A stretch of 61,365 nucleotides of DNA, the filler included. It is 4 parts of 4 records of this genome, joined end to end, with 100 filler letters (N's around TTAATTAATTAA, not from the genome) between each part and the next. Parts side by side here need not be neighbours in the genome. Positions count along the whole stretch, not along the records: positions 34,345 to 55,133 come from DRR378314_614; positions 55,234 to 61,365 come from DRR378314_621; 2 more parts are not named here. One strand, 5' to 3'. Below the pieces are notes generated by a model. The model was not told where the DNA came from, made no database searches, and worked only from the letters and a program-made list of their open reading frames with translations. Positions 48,172-61,365 of the stretch are shown piece by piece. The position numbers and the translations under genes were made by a program. Position 1 is the first letter of the stretch, and each line of letters starts with the position of its first letter.

Positions 48172-51100
48172 TCAAAACCGGAACTCCGGATTGTCGCGGA
48201 TCTCGCTCAGCGCCCAAGCAAACTTCGTCAATAGCGTTTTCGGAAACACCTGCGCGCAAGGCACGCCGTCGAGCGGGATACAGATGCAAAGGGTAAGTGC
48301 AAGGCTGCGCACAGTCGTGCACGCTTTGCCCCAGCGGCCACACGGGCACACGTGCGTGAAGAGACGCAAGAAGCGAAAGCTCCCTGCGACTACGCGTGCC
48401 TACTGCGACGGCCGCCGCAGCGTAAGCGCCAACAGCACAACCGCAAACACGCAGAGCAAAATGCAAAAATAATAATAAAATAAAAAAAAAAACCACAGGG
48501 GCGCTTTGCATGGACATCCGCGACAACCGCGGGCGCACAGCGTACCCGCTCCACAGGGACATCGTTCTTCAAGCACCACGCAATCGAAATTCGCGGATCG
48601 CAATAGTTGATCTTTGACGTTGTCAGCGCCACCGATTTGTTGTCCTCCTGCACGATAGCCGAGGCCGCAGATGCACATTATGCGCACATCAGCTACATGT
48701 GCTACGGGACTTTGAACAGCTTCCGTTTAAGACCGTGCAGAAGGCAGCACGAAAGTCGCACTCTGTCGACGCACCTTCATTTTCTTCATAATCTGCACGT
48801 TCTTGATCGACTCCGTCTTGCGCTGAATCTGACGCGCAATCACGTCGGGCTTGGCGATGCGGACCTTCTTGCCTTCCTCCTGCGAGGAGAGCGACCGCAA
48901 GCAGAACAAAGAGAGGCCGAAGTGGAGAGGAGGATGAATATGCACGCAACAGCCGACAACACGGGCAACACAAGGAAGAAAATAACATCGAGCCGAAGCT
49001 CCGCAAAGCCTGCTGCTTTCTCTTGCATTCCAGTCTCTCTTCTGTTGCGACATAGTGGCGAACCAGAACACCAGACAAGCTATTGCACATCAAAGCATTT
49101 CACACCAGTACTCAACGCACATCAAGCGGCGCTTCAGCCTCGTTCTTCTCAATCGCCTTGGAAAGCTTGAGTTTCTTCTTCAACTCGCGGCGCTCCGCTT
49201 CCAGTTTCTTGATCTGCACAGACGGAGCAACAGCGTTGCAGTGCAGAGCTCGGTCAGCTCTTTCAGTTCTGCCACCTTCCATCGGTACCCCATACATAAG
49301 TTCAACGTTGGCGATACTCGCGACGTATGCTTATGCACCGCATAGGACTGATCGAAAAAAAAAATCCAGCACGCGAGGTACCGAAAGCAAAACAGCTCCG
49401 CTGGAACAAGCTCTGTTGGAGAAAACAGTGGCTTCAAACGCACCCGGTCATCAATGCGAGACATTTGCTCGCCAAAATTCTTCGAAACCGATCTGCACCA
49501 AAATATTTACAAAACGACCGACACAACACATCCGTACGTGAGGAACGCAACAGCGAGGCGCGAGCTTCGCAATGCATCCGATCCGAAAAATAATATATAC
49601 CGCATTGCGCACTAGCCAACACTCGTCCGCACGCAAACCCTGCAACCACGCACGGCTGCCACAGCAACGAGATGTCGCGTAGCAGCGCGTTGCGTAAGCG
49701 AAGCCGAGGCGCCGACCTGGGCGCAGCGCACACAAACGCACCTTTGATGGTTACACAGCACAGCAACTTCCCGGTTTGCGCTATTGTAAAACTCCATATA
49801 CTCGTTCACTGAACTGCGCTTTGTTGTCTCCGCAAGCAGGCTGTCGAGGACAAAGGATGCATTAAATGTACGGAACACCTGTACGCGAAGGCAGCGCAAA
49901 CGTACGCACGTCAGGGCGAAGACGTGCCCGCGCAAAGCAGCCCCCGTGCAGATCCGACGTCGAATAACCCGTCCGGTGCACGATGCGCGTGCGCCTTGCG
50001 AGACAAACCAGCGGTACGACCTGGTTCACATGCCCGAGACTTCAACAGCATAGGATAGAGGGTCAACCGTGAGCATCTCCCAATCGTGCGAAGTAGATGA
50101 AAAATGCCACAGCGCCACAGTGACGAAGAGGAGCAGAGCTGCGGCGTTCATGTGTCGGCCATCGCGTGCGCGTCGTGACTGCCCTTGTCGCCTGCCAATC
50201 CCCACGGCTCCATGAGAGCAATGGTACCATCACGTGCGCCCCAGCGCGCGCTGGCAGAACCGATAGGGCTTCCTACGCTCGGCTCGGCGGCCAACAAAGC
50301 AGGGCATAATCGAACGAGGCGATCGCGTGCGCCAGCTCATTGGCATTCGACGCACGCGCAAACGCTGGGGATATCCAATGTACAAGTGACTTGCCTTGGC
50401 CGTCAGACCATCCATAAAGGTCTTGAGATGCTTGTTGAGGGACGACGTGTCGATTGCATGGAAAAGCGACTCAGAAGGTTGTTTTCCTTCCAGAAGCTTT
50501 TTGATATTCTTCCACACTTCTTCCTCCACTTTCACCGTGTTCAAATAGCGGATCGAGTCCTTACCAAGAAAGTCGAGTTCGATCTGAAGCAGCGCAATCG
50601 GGCAAAAGCCAGCAACCAGCGAACAGGTAAGGCGCGTCCACAATACAAGCACGAGTACATCCCATCATACTACCCCCTCCCCCTTTCTGTACGTCAATCG
50701 CTACACAAGTCTGCAACGACATACGCCCAGTTGGCGAAACCGCAGCGTCGCAGCTCCTCAGCCCTGCCCAGCACATTGGAACAACAAACACGATTCCTAA
50801 ACCCCGGATTGAACCAGCGCCCGCGTCGGAGTCAAACGCGCGGATACACACATGCTGTGCGCGAACAGCTGGTGCAGTAGCACAGAGCTACAGATTGCGA
50901 GAAGACCAGTGTTTCCAGCAAACGTAGGCTTCTTGCACTTGAGTGCACCCCGCCAACGCAGATGCGCAATCGTCAAAAGATTATCAACGCGGCGTTGCGA
51001 AATAAAATAAAAACATATCGAATATCCATACTTAGCATGGGCTCGTACGGGGCAGTGACGGGGATAGCACCTACTGATCAAGATAGATATGCGTTGATGC

Positions 51101-54100
51101 GCAGGAAACACAGCGCGCGTCAAGCGCGCCAAGCTACTACCCTTGGCGTACATTGAAATCGGCGAGTGCGCGAACATGCTCCACGCGCAGTGAGCAGCAG
51201 CCCACCGTATCCGCTTCATCTTCGTCTTTTTCATTACCGGCACGAAGCGCTAGACGATCGATCAGATAGAGCGCCGTCGCGAGCTGCCGCTTTACTTCGT
51301 CCTTGGACCTGCGCACACACCCCGGAGGAATCCGCGCGGTTAGCACAGCATCACCCAACCGAGCACGACGAATAGCACAGCGAGCCCATGCGATCACGCC
51401 TGGACTCCTCAAAACGCAGGCTCCAGCAGCTCCTGTGAAGGCCAACTGAACGAAAGCGCGAGTTCATGCTACCCCGCGATGGGTCCGTACAACTTTATGC
51501 AACGTAAGTCCGGGAAAACAGGAAATCAACAGCCGAAGCGTTTCGCAATGCGTGCAGCTGGTGTCTGAGCGCCTTCTTTCACCGACAACCGACGCTCTAT
51601 GACACCATCTGAGAGAGAAAACTGTACGCGCAGCAGCTATCATCGATTCACAATGCTGTGGCCAGGGAGCGGCGAGATAGAATGTGGTAGCTTCTTCAAT
51701 CCGTTTTATCAAGCAAGAAGGAATGTCGCGCCCTCCAAGCAACAGAAAACAATCAGAGTCAAAGTACGAGTATGCTCAGTAAACACACCGAAGATCTTTG
51801 AGATACGACTTGCGAATCTTGTCGATGCGCAGCTTGAGCTTGCGGGCCGTTTCGTACTTCTTCCGGTCACTTTGGCCCTTGAAAGCCGATCCAGCTCCCA
51901 AGAACACATACTTGAAGTCCCCATTGATATTCTCGCGCCAGTACGCCAGCCAAGTGACCTGCAAGAAGTGGTAGACGGATGAAGGGGCAACAATAGCAAT
52001 ACCAGTCAACTGCCACGTTCTCACGCCAAAGCGCCACGGTATGCTCTGTTTGCCACAGGCGTCATTGCAAACAAGCCGAACGCGCTTCGCGAGGGAACAC
52101 TTTCGATGCGTTTCTCTGTGAGGTATCCCATCGATATCGACGGGGCGCACCCTCGCACGCGGGAAACGCAATCGCGATTTGGGCAAGGCTGGCACTTTCA
52201 AACAGTCGCACAGGCACGATCGGCACGCCCAAGCTGCCCGTGCGGAATATGCGATATAAGCCCGTGATTGGCGCTCGCACGCAGCCAACGGCACTGCAAC
52301 AGAAACGGAGAAAGCAGCGCACGTGAGAAATCCAAGCAACTCCACTCGGTCCACGTCGCGCCCCGTCCCCTAACGATCGCATAGCTATCACCAAAAGCGG
52401 AGTTCCTTCCTTCCGCGGCGGACAGGTGACAAAGGCCAGATGGCGCAAGATGCACGAGGGCGCGAAGCGCAAGTCGGGTCGAGCAACGTACTTCATGGTT
52501 GTGGACAACCTCTTTCCAACGGTGCCCAGGCGGAGGCTGCGGAACAGGGGTTTTCTCGCCAATATTGATCGTAATGTCTTCTGGCTGGAGACGCTTCTTC
52601 AGCAGTCCCATCTTCGGATGCTTGCCCCGCCCGCGGAAAAGGCCCGGAGGTTCGATGCGGAAGTTGCCGACTTTCTCTTCGTGCCCGTCAACGATCGCAA
52701 CGGCGTACGGAGCTTCGAGTTCCGCTTTCTCATCTTTCTGGCGCTGCTTTTCTTCCTTGGGGAGCGCTTTCTTCTTGTCGCGCTCACGATCCAGATGCTC
52801 TGCAGTACCGGGTCCGCAGGGTGTGGGGAAGAAAGAACAGCGGGAGAGGCCAAAGAACGCACGAGATTAGATCACCCAATGTGGCATACTACGCTTTCCA
52901 AACAAAACAATACATAAAAAACCAATGTACTCACCAGCTACAATGACGAGGAAGATCATGAAGCTGCTTCTCACTTTTCGCGTACACGCCAAAGTCGCGC
53001 GCACGCAACGTAGCAAATATGACGAGGCGTAACAGACGTTCGCTTGCGATAGTACAAGGAATAATCACACAAATCTGCCGCTTCCCTGTACGCCAGTGTA
53101 GAAAATCAAAGAACAACGCCAAAGCGAAAGGAAAGCAGAAACGCGAGAACGCACGAGAACGCCGAACGCAATCGAACGACTTCACAATTACATATGCAGA
53201 ACAATGACTTCATGCAGGGAGAAATCACCACGGCACAGCTTCCCTGCCACGTACGTTTGATGCGCGAAAAGTTGCACAGTGAAAGTTTTTTCAAATCCGG
53301 AAGATCGTCGCGATTATTCTTCTTCTTCGCTTTCATGTACACCTGCGAAACGTCCCACAGTCATACAGCAGAGGCGAAGTGGGGAAGCATTCAGAAAGAA
53401 AAAAAGGCACAGCTTCGCGGGCATACAAGAGCACGAGCACGGACTCGCGAGACGACCGCAGCAAATGCGTGGTGAAATACCGTTGCACCGGCAAAGGCGC
53501 ATGCAAAGCAACTATACCCGCAGGAACACGCACCTTGCGGAACTCGGCGAAGAAATTCTTCTGAAAGATTGGCTCCTTCATGTAATCAGTCTCCATCATA
53601 CCCGCATAAAAGGTCGCGACTTCTTCGGCCTCCGGAGGAAGCACGTAAAACGTTCCTAATCGTGTAAATGCGTAGCGCAGAACAAACAAATCGTCACCTT
53701 CCGCCAAGTACGCGTGACTCAATCGCGGCAAAGACTGGTCCTGTGCGGGTGAGGCACGAATATCACGCCGTTGCACAGCTCTAAACGCCAAACTACTTTG
53801 CGATGCACGCTCGAGTCAAAAGTTGCAGTTCCTCAGGGATGCAAAGGGGTCCGCGGGGAAACCACAATCGCACGCAGCGCGAGGTACAGCGGTGCGATGC
53901 CGCAAGAAAGAAAGGGAATAAATACTTCCGCTCGCATATTCTACGATTATCAGGATGACAAACGACAAAGCGATAGTCTATCTGAAAAGAACTGCATGTC
54001 GAATAACAATAGAAAACCAATTTTCTCCATCACAAAAAAAAGACCCTGCATCACCAGCTTCCCTGCCGGTGGTCGTCACCACATCCGGCGAAACACACAA

Positions 54101-54948
54101 ACCGCCACCAAACAACAAAGAAGAGGAACACCGACGCTGCAAGCAACACATTGGTGCACAAGAACATCAGTGGAAACCGCAGGGCTCTTCCGTCTTGCCG
54201 CATGTAGCGGCGAAGCAATAAACACGGTACTGGTGGCGTCGCCGCAGAATCCAGCTCACCTTCGTATCCAAACGGCTTCCGATGTGGCTCGTAATCGGGA
54301 GGAAACAGGACGCCATTGTGGACAAGAGTTCGCCATTTCCACCCCTCTGGAAGCTTCTGCTTCTCCTTCCACCAGTTCCGCACCTGCGCACCGAAAAAAT
54401 AAAAGAATCGATGCGCAAAGCATGAACGCGCCCACACATGAAGGTCCAACGCCATGGATGACGCCGAGAACAAGTCAGTAATCAGATGCATAATGCATAT
54501 CCAAAAGTAAAAGAGGCTAGACACTGTGTGCCGTTGCAAACTGGCGTAACCGATTACGGCCAAATGTGCTGCACATGCAGTGCCTACGATGTTACCATCG
54601 TGAAAAAAAGAAAAAGAAAAAAAGGTCAGCCTGAAAACGAGGTAATCCGAAATCGCTCGGGCACCAAGTCAGCATTGTCTCCAACCATGTGGCACCCACG
54701 TCGCTACCGGGCAGCGGGGAGAGCGCAATGCAGAACTAATACAGGCAAAACCACTCTGCGCATGCAATATAGCAGCACAATCGAAAGCGTTTCGCGCGCT
54801 ACTTTCTGCCCCGCTTCCACCACACGAAATCGCGACGAACCTCCCCTTCCACTGTTTCAGACGGCCGCAGTTTCTTTGGCTTCTGCGGAGTATCGCTGTC
54901 CGCTTTGCGTTTCTTTCCAGACGTTTTTTCGCTGGCCTCGCTCTTTGG
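48172..54948 (-). CDS. TOP1: DNA topoisomerase IB, 5'-truncated by contig end, at least 14 exons
   Basis: [95 protein letters not shown], catalytic [10 protein letters not shown] and KFAWA. Confidence 0.97.
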
Positions 54949-55133
54949 CTGAAGAACGCAGAAAAACAATGTCAAAAAACGAAAAAAAAACAACAACAAA
55001 GAAACAAAATCGTAAGACAAGAAAGTCCGTCAACTGATTTTGTCTCGCATCACCCAGATGTGTTCAAGCTCCGCCCGCTCGCACAAATAGAATCCTCTCC
55101 ACCGCAAAAAAAAAAAAACAAAAAAAAAACAAA

Positions 55134-55233
55134 NNNNNNNNNNNNNNNNNNNNNNNNNNNNNNNNNNNNNNNNNNNNTTAATTAATTAANNNNNNNNNNN
55201 NNNNNNNNNNNNNNNNNNNNNNNNNNNNNNNNN
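55134..55233. other. Artificial contig linker N44-TTAATTAATTAA-N44
   Basis: Same 100-nt spacer, following an A-rich contig end. Confidence 0.98.
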
Positions 55234-55576
55234 CTAGGGCCGTGGCGGCCCTTCCTCATGGCGCGCTGCGCGTGCGAGTCTGCGTTCTTCCTCCTCGTTT
55301 GCGCCGCGCCGTGCAAAGAAATGGTTAGCGTGTTAGGGGATATATGTGATCACAGTGATCGGAACACCTGTGGTTGGGGGCCCGGCGACGCCCGCGCGAC
55401 GCACGCCTTCTCTGCGCGGCGATACAGAGCAGCTCCCCCCTGAGCGACGCTCCTGCTCCGCCTCGAGGCCTTGAAATAAGAAAGCGCTTGGCACGAGTGC
55501 TTCCTCTACGGTGCCCATTTGTTACGTTACGAGCTGTGAAGTGTACCACTGACGCACAAAGCGAGAGGCTGTCAAC

Positions 55577-58500
55577 ATGACGGACGGTGGAGGCAGCGCT
55601 GGCATCACATTGGACGCGCAGCGCTTTCGCGAGCGAGCGAGCAACTTCTTCAAGCTATGGAAGGTGCGCGCGCTGTGTGGCCGCCGCGTGTGCCCGTGCC
55701 CCTTTTCTTTATTCGCCACGGCGTACTTTTTCTTCCAATAAGTATAGAAAAACCGTCTTCGAAGCGTGATCACCAGTATTGTATCTTTGGATCTGCTTGG
55801 CTCTACGGAATGAGACGGTGTGCTTGTATGCCCTCCGCTCACTACTCGACTGACCGCACGCTGCTGTCCGTCGTCGCTACACGCGTGCACTTCCGTTTGC
55901 GCACACGCATGGTTGACGAGAAGTAGTATGTTCGATGTGGCGCACTTCAATTTTGCATCGCACACGAATGCGATTTTATCCAGAGTATCAAAAGTGTGAG
56001 AGCGACTTGCGCGACCACAGTAAGACGGGTGGTCAAGCGCCTGCGAGCCACTCCGGCGCTCGTGCCCGCGCCCATCGCTCACCTCTCGTCTCGTGCGTAC
56101 GGCGGCCGCGTACGTCTCCCCTGCGCAGACGATCGCCGCGGATGTAGCGTGGAAGTTCGACTCCTTGGCAATCGTCGCAGGAAAGGCCGCTTCTGAAGTG
56201 TCTTATTATCGATCTGCCGCGGCACATATGTACCTGTTCGGCTTTGAGTTTCCGGACACACTCGTGCTCTTTGCGAACGACGCGATTCACATCGCTGCGT
56301 CTTCGAAGAAGCGTACGTTGACATTCCACCCGATCTCGCAAAGCACTCGCCACTGCACGCGCATACCAGAACAAAAGCCGTATCTGCCGTGTCACCCGTA
56401 TGCGCATATCGCACATATCTTCGTATGGTATTTTTGTTTATTCTGCTATAAGGATGGCCATGGTCCGGTCCATTGGCGTATACCGGTGGCTTTGGCTCGC
56501 ACCGGATACGGTAAGCACAGTGCTTGCGTAGACCTGATGCGCGGTCGAGATTGCTCCTGGTCCGAAGCTTTCGTGTAGCGTTGGAACAGCCAAGTGCCTT
56601 GGGTCACCTTTTGGTTTTCCTCTCCTGAATATAAGCGGTCCGTCGTTTTTTTTTTCCTGTTCGTGTCTTGCAGTTTCTATCCTTAAGCAGTTGGAGCAGG
56701 GCGACGCGGGAGATTCACAGTTCCAGCTGCACTTTCACGAGCGAGCCAAGGGAGCGGGAGGCGACGCGGCTGCAGTCGAGGCGATTCTGAACGCAGCCAA
56801 GCGCAGCGGCGCGGGAGTACGTACCTGCACAGTCCTCTGTTTGAAAACTGCTTGCTTGGCTCCACTTTCGTGTAATGCCTTTTCTCATACCTCGCACCGT
56901 ATGTGTTCTGCTTTGAGAGAGGACCCTGTTGAGTAACGCGGATTCGTTCGGCGGGCTGGCTGCAATACGCATGCTGCAGAAAAAGGTTGCTTCATTGCGG
57001 AAGGAGCAACACGAGGGCAATTTCTTCGACGAGTGGTCTGCGAAGCTCGACGCCAGCGGACTCGAAGTTGTCGACGGGAGCGCAGCCGTTGCAGACTGGC
57101 TTGCCGTCAAAGACGACACAGAGATCCAGAGCACAAATCGCGCCGGCTACCTTAGCGCCATGGTCATGAAGAACTATTTGATCTCTCAGATCGAAGAGGT
57201 GCGACGCGAACGCAACGTTCTCTGCTACCTGTGCTGCTGACCTATGCGGGGCGGGCGGTCTCACGCCAAGTCCATAATGCGGGCATGGGAGGATGCCGTG
57301 TTGGGCCAGTGCGCTAGGAGATAGGCTTCGTTTCGCTGGAGCACCGACTTGTCAGATTCGAAAGCGAATACATTTTCGTCTGCATGCGCGTCGAAACTCC
57401 CGGGTTGTGCGGCTGCGACTGCGGTACATCGTGCAGACCGATCACGCAAGGCTTGAGGACGCGCCCGGACAACACCGCGAATCCATGTAGGAAGGAATAG
57501 AGTGTTCGCTGCTCGTGGGTTTCGCAGTGTCGAACGACAGAGATTCTTTTGTTTGTTCGTCTTCGTTAGTTGCAGTCTCTTCTCGTCTGTTCTCGCCTGG
57601 CAAGAAAATTTCCATTTGCTGGAGACCATTGACATTCCGTTTGCCCACGCCAGGTGTGCATCGAGTGAAACGCGCTGACGTTTCCTGGACCCTGCTTGCC
57701 GCTGCGGCGCCCCTGAATTTGCCTTGCTGTTCGGCTTGTTCGCCCGTTCCGTAGACGATTGACGAAGAGAAAAAGATTTCGCACGCGAAGCTGGCGGAGC
57801 AAACCGAAGCGGTTTTTACCGACCCGACTCGCGCCAAGGCCAAGCTCGATCCGGACTTTACCGAGTCATGCTACTTCCCCATCATTCAGAGCGGTGGCAA
57901 GTTTGACATCCGGCCGAGCGCAACGAGCAATGACGATAACCTGCGGAGCGGCGTGATTCTCTGCAGCGTAGGAGGGCGGTATAAATCGTACTGCTCAAAC
58001 GTTGCGCGCACGCTACTTGTCAATCCCACGAAAGAACAAGAGAGAAACTACAAATTCGTGTTCGATCTGCAGCAGCTCGTCATCAGCCGGCTGCGCCCCG
58101 GGGCGACGTTTGCCTCTGTGTACGCCGCTGCGAAGGAGTTCACGTCCAAGTCACGCCCGGACCTTGTCGCCCACTTGCCAAAGAGTCTTGGCTTTTCAAC
58201 GGGCCATTGCTTCCGCGAGAGTCGGCATACAATTAGCGCGAAGAACGAGCTCGCTGTGCAGGCTGGGATGGCGCTGATCGTCTCCGTAGGTTTGCACGGT
58301 CTCGCGAATGCGGAGGCGTCCGACCCGGCGGACAGCAACTACTCGCTCTTGCTCTCGGACACTGTCGTTGTCACAGAAGGCGAGCCGGACATTGTCACCG
58401 GCAAGGTGTCGCGCGCGTTCTCAAACGTTTCGTACTTTTTGGGCGACGAAGATGAAGCCGATGAAGGAGAAGACGACGATGTGAATGCGGAGGCGCGCGA

Positions 58501-60880
58501 ACTCGAGGAGCAGAACGCCGCCTTTCTGCAGGATCGGCGGACGCGCGACAACGAAGAGGCGCGCAAGAAGCGCGAACAGCAGCGGAAGCATCAGCAGGAG
58601 CTCGTGCGCGCGAAGCAGCGTGCGAGGGCGGCGCAGCGCCGATCGGAGGAAGAGAGCCGCATGGAAGACCCCGAGTCGTACCCGAGCCCCGCGGTGATGC
58701 CTCGTGAGGCGCGCCCGAACAAGCTATTCGTGGATGTCGAACGCGAGACGATCATTTGTCCCATTAACGGGTCGGTGGTGCCGTTCCATATATCTTGCGT
58801 TAAGAACGCGACCAAGAGCGACGAAGGACAGATGTGCTACCTGCGGATCAACTTCCACTATCCGGGAGCCGCTTTCAACACCGCACAGACGTACCCGCCA
58901 GCGATCAAGTATCCCGGACACTCCTTTGTCCGCGAGCTCACGTTCCGCTCGTCAGACACGCGTACGATGAACGAGGCGTTTCGCCTGGTAATGGAGTGCC
59001 GCAAGCGGCACACGGCGCGCGAGAAGGAGGAGCGCGAGCGCGCGGACATTGTCGTGCAGGAGGAACTCAAGCTCGCGACTGCAGGCCGCGTGCCGAAGCT
59101 GCGCGATATCAACATGCGACCAAATATCAGCGGACGGAAGTCCAAGGGTGCACTCGAGGCCCACGTAAACGGTTTCCGCTTCATCACGGCCAAGGGCGAG
59201 ACGCAGGATATCTTGTACTCGAATATCAAGCACGCGTTCTTCCAGCCCTCCAAGGACGAGACGACGGTGCTGCTGCACTTCCGCTTGGTGCACCCGATTT
59301 TGCTCGGTGGGAAGAAGAAAACCACCGACGTCCAGTTCTTCGTCGAGCTCGTGGAGGCGGAGGATATCGGGGGTGCGAAGCGCCAGCGGCACCGCTACGG
59401 CGATCCCGATGAAATCGAGGACGAGCAGAAGTACGTTGCGGCGCATCCACGGCGATTTCGCGCCCTTGGTCGCTGCTCTCGCGAGCGCACTTCGCGCGAA
59501 TCGGCGCCACGCTGTCGCTCTCGCTCGCTCATGTTGTGTGCACGCAAGACGCGACGCTTCCTAGAGGGGCGGCATGGTGAAACCGCAGGGTGCTTCGTCG
59601 TGATAGCGCACATCTACACTGTGGCGGAGGAAGATCTATGAGCTCTACAGCGTGCCGCTCATCCATCCCCGAACGTAGTGTTTGTTGGGCGAGCGGAACT
59701 GTGGTGGCGGGAGCTCTGCTTGCGTGGAGCAGCTTGGTTGGCAACCACGCCATTGAGTTGCCGCTTTTGTCGCGTTTGTTCTTTATTCGTGTGTGAAATT
59801 GCCTTTTTTGTGTGTCTCACCACGAACGGTTCGCACTGTCACGAATTCGCTGTGATTTCCGCTACCAGGCTCCGTCAACTGCGTCGCCGCATGGACCAAG
59901 AGTTCCAGAACTTTATTCGCAACGTCGAGCCGCTGATGCCCGACAACATGGAGTTCGACATTCCGTACCGGGAGCTGGGCTTCTTTGGCGCGCCCGCGCG
60001 CACTACGGTGTTTATGCAACCCACTGTCAACTGTCTCGTAAGTCTGAGTGAGGCCCCGTTTTTCGTCGAATCGCTCGCGGAGATCGAGATTGTGCACTTC
60101 GAGCGAGTTCATTTCAGCGTGCGGAACTTTGACATGGTGCTCGTGTTTCTTGACCACGAGCGCCCTGTTGTTCGTGTCAGCGCGATCCCCATGGATTCGC
60201 TGGACAGCATCAAGCAGTGGCTAGACTCGATTGACGTCAAATTCTACGAAGGTCCCGCGAACTTGAACTGGACGAAAATCATGAAGCACATCAACGAAGA
60301 CCCCGAGGCTTTCGAGAAAGATGGCGGCTGGAGCTTCCTCGATATGGAGGCGTCATCCGACGAGGAGGGTGGAAGCGATAAAGACGAGTCGGGCTCGGAA
60401 TACGTTGCAAGCGAAGACGAGGAAGAAAGTGAAGAGGTATGCAGCACTTTTTCCTTCTTCGCCTCCCAGCATGTGCGCACCGTGTCATTTGCGTTTGTGG
60501 ATGAATTGTTTATATAATCTTTGCCCATGTTTCAGCTGCGTGAGCGTGCACGCTGTGCCGTTCGTAGCGCACAGGCGCCGCGGACGTGCATCGGGCACGT
60601 TTTCGCGTCAGCTGGTCGGTACTTGTCTGCTCGCGAACTTCACTCGGTGTACATTGAAGTGTGATCCGTCACTGCCAGTGTATCATACCGTATATTATAT
60701 GTATTCGTTCGGATATTTGCGCTGGATGCGTACGTGTTCGCCTATCCTCGCCGTTGCAGTCGTCGGACTTCGATTCTGACGATGTGGTATCTGAGGGAGG
60801 CTCGTCCGACTACGAAGATAGTGAGGAGGATGAGGAAGAAGGCAAGACATGGGACGAGCTCGAGGAAGAGGCTATGCGAG
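55577..60880 (+). CDS. SPT16: FACT complex subunit Spt16; last exon(s) not identified in the window
   Basis: YLFGFEFPDT, CYFPIIQSGGKFD, RYKSYCSNVART, VPFHISCVKN, YLRINF, GALEAHVNGFRF, YSNIKHAFFQP, FDIPYRELGF, HFERV, NLNWTKIMK, GGWSFL and an acidic tail ending GKTWDELEEEA. Confidence 0.97.
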
Positions 60881-61297
60881 GTACGTGGAGGCGTGTCAAA
60901 AAAGGCACGCGCGAATCAGCTGCGTCCGATAAGTTCGGGTGATAGGTAGTGTGCGGAGCATCTCGGGGAAAGCATTACTCCCATTGTCATAATAGGAGGC
61001 GGAGGCTGCTGCTCCGAGCATGTGCAAGTGGGGATTGCTTGGTTGTGCTGTTGAACGCGGCCGTTTGCGAGTTCGACCTTTGTCAATACCGGGACATGGG
61101 TACGGCGATGTAGTGCGTGCACGCCAAGCTCTTTTGTATGATCATACAAGTAAGCGCTCTGAATGGGTCAGAAATAGGATAGTGCGAACTTTTTTGTTTC
61201 TCTACGAGTTGCGGAGGAGACGCACGAGAACGAGGCAAGCCCGCTTCGTAGGTCTGTCTCTTTTGGCTGTCGGACCGGGATATTTTTTGTGTGTGTG

Positions 61298-61365
61298 TTT
61301 TTGTTTTTGTTTTTGCTTTTGTTTTTGCTTTTGCTTTTTGCTTTTGCTTTTGCTTTTGCTTTTGC
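61298..61365. repeat. Simple T-rich tandem repeat (TTTTGC / TTTTTG units) running off the window end
   Basis: Directly visible imperfect array; probably intronic in SPT16. Confidence 0.85.

Noticed and set aside
21213-55233. Three identical TTAATTAATTAA palindromes flanked by Ns (possible repeat or recombination site)
   Set aside because: Synthetic six-frame-stop contig linkers of exactly 100 nt.
48172-60880. Apparent chromatin gene cluster, including head-to-head TOP1 and SPT16 plus SMCHD1 and SUN
   Set aside because: These genes lie on different contigs separated by artificial linkers, so linkage is not shown.
1-61365. Alternative genetic code, CRISPR array, tRNA/rRNA genes, transposase or repeated introner-like introns
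   Set aside because: All three stops terminate genes and no conserved exon has an in-frame stop. No such arrays, RNA genes or shared intron sequences were seen by eye; a self-BLAST and tRNAscan would be the proper tests.

Overview
Nuclear DNA of an intron-rich, GC- and CpG-rich eukaryote, most likely a protist with aerobic mitochondria. It uses the standard genetic code: TAA, TAG and TGA all serve as stops. The window is four contigs joined by three artificial 100-nt N44-TTAATTAATTAA-N44 linkers, so adjacency across 21213, 34245 and 55134 has no biological meaning. Contig 1: SUN-domain gene (3' part), BRR2/SNRNP200, RPS26 and a bacterial-type alanyl-tRNA synthetase (5' part). Contig 2: SMCHD1-like gene, COX6A and an M1 aminopeptidase (5' part). 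Contig 3: PP2C, an orphan 626-aa ORF, an IPT9/MiaA-like tRNA dimethylallyltransferase, an IAH1-like esterase and TOP1 (3' part). Contig 4: SPT16. The most interesting item is an apparently complete-architecture SMCHD1-type GHKL-ATPase/SMC-hinge chromatin protein, with only its 5' end lost in a gap. Its hinge mixes animal SMCHD1-like and plant GMI1/DMS3-like motifs. Also notable: an alphaproteobacterial-looking AlaRS, two GC-AG introns, strongly 5'-polarised introns in BRR2, and loss of the Walker-A lysine in the second BRR2 cassette. Gene models were spliced by eye. Homologue motifs are quoted from memory, and no database search was run.
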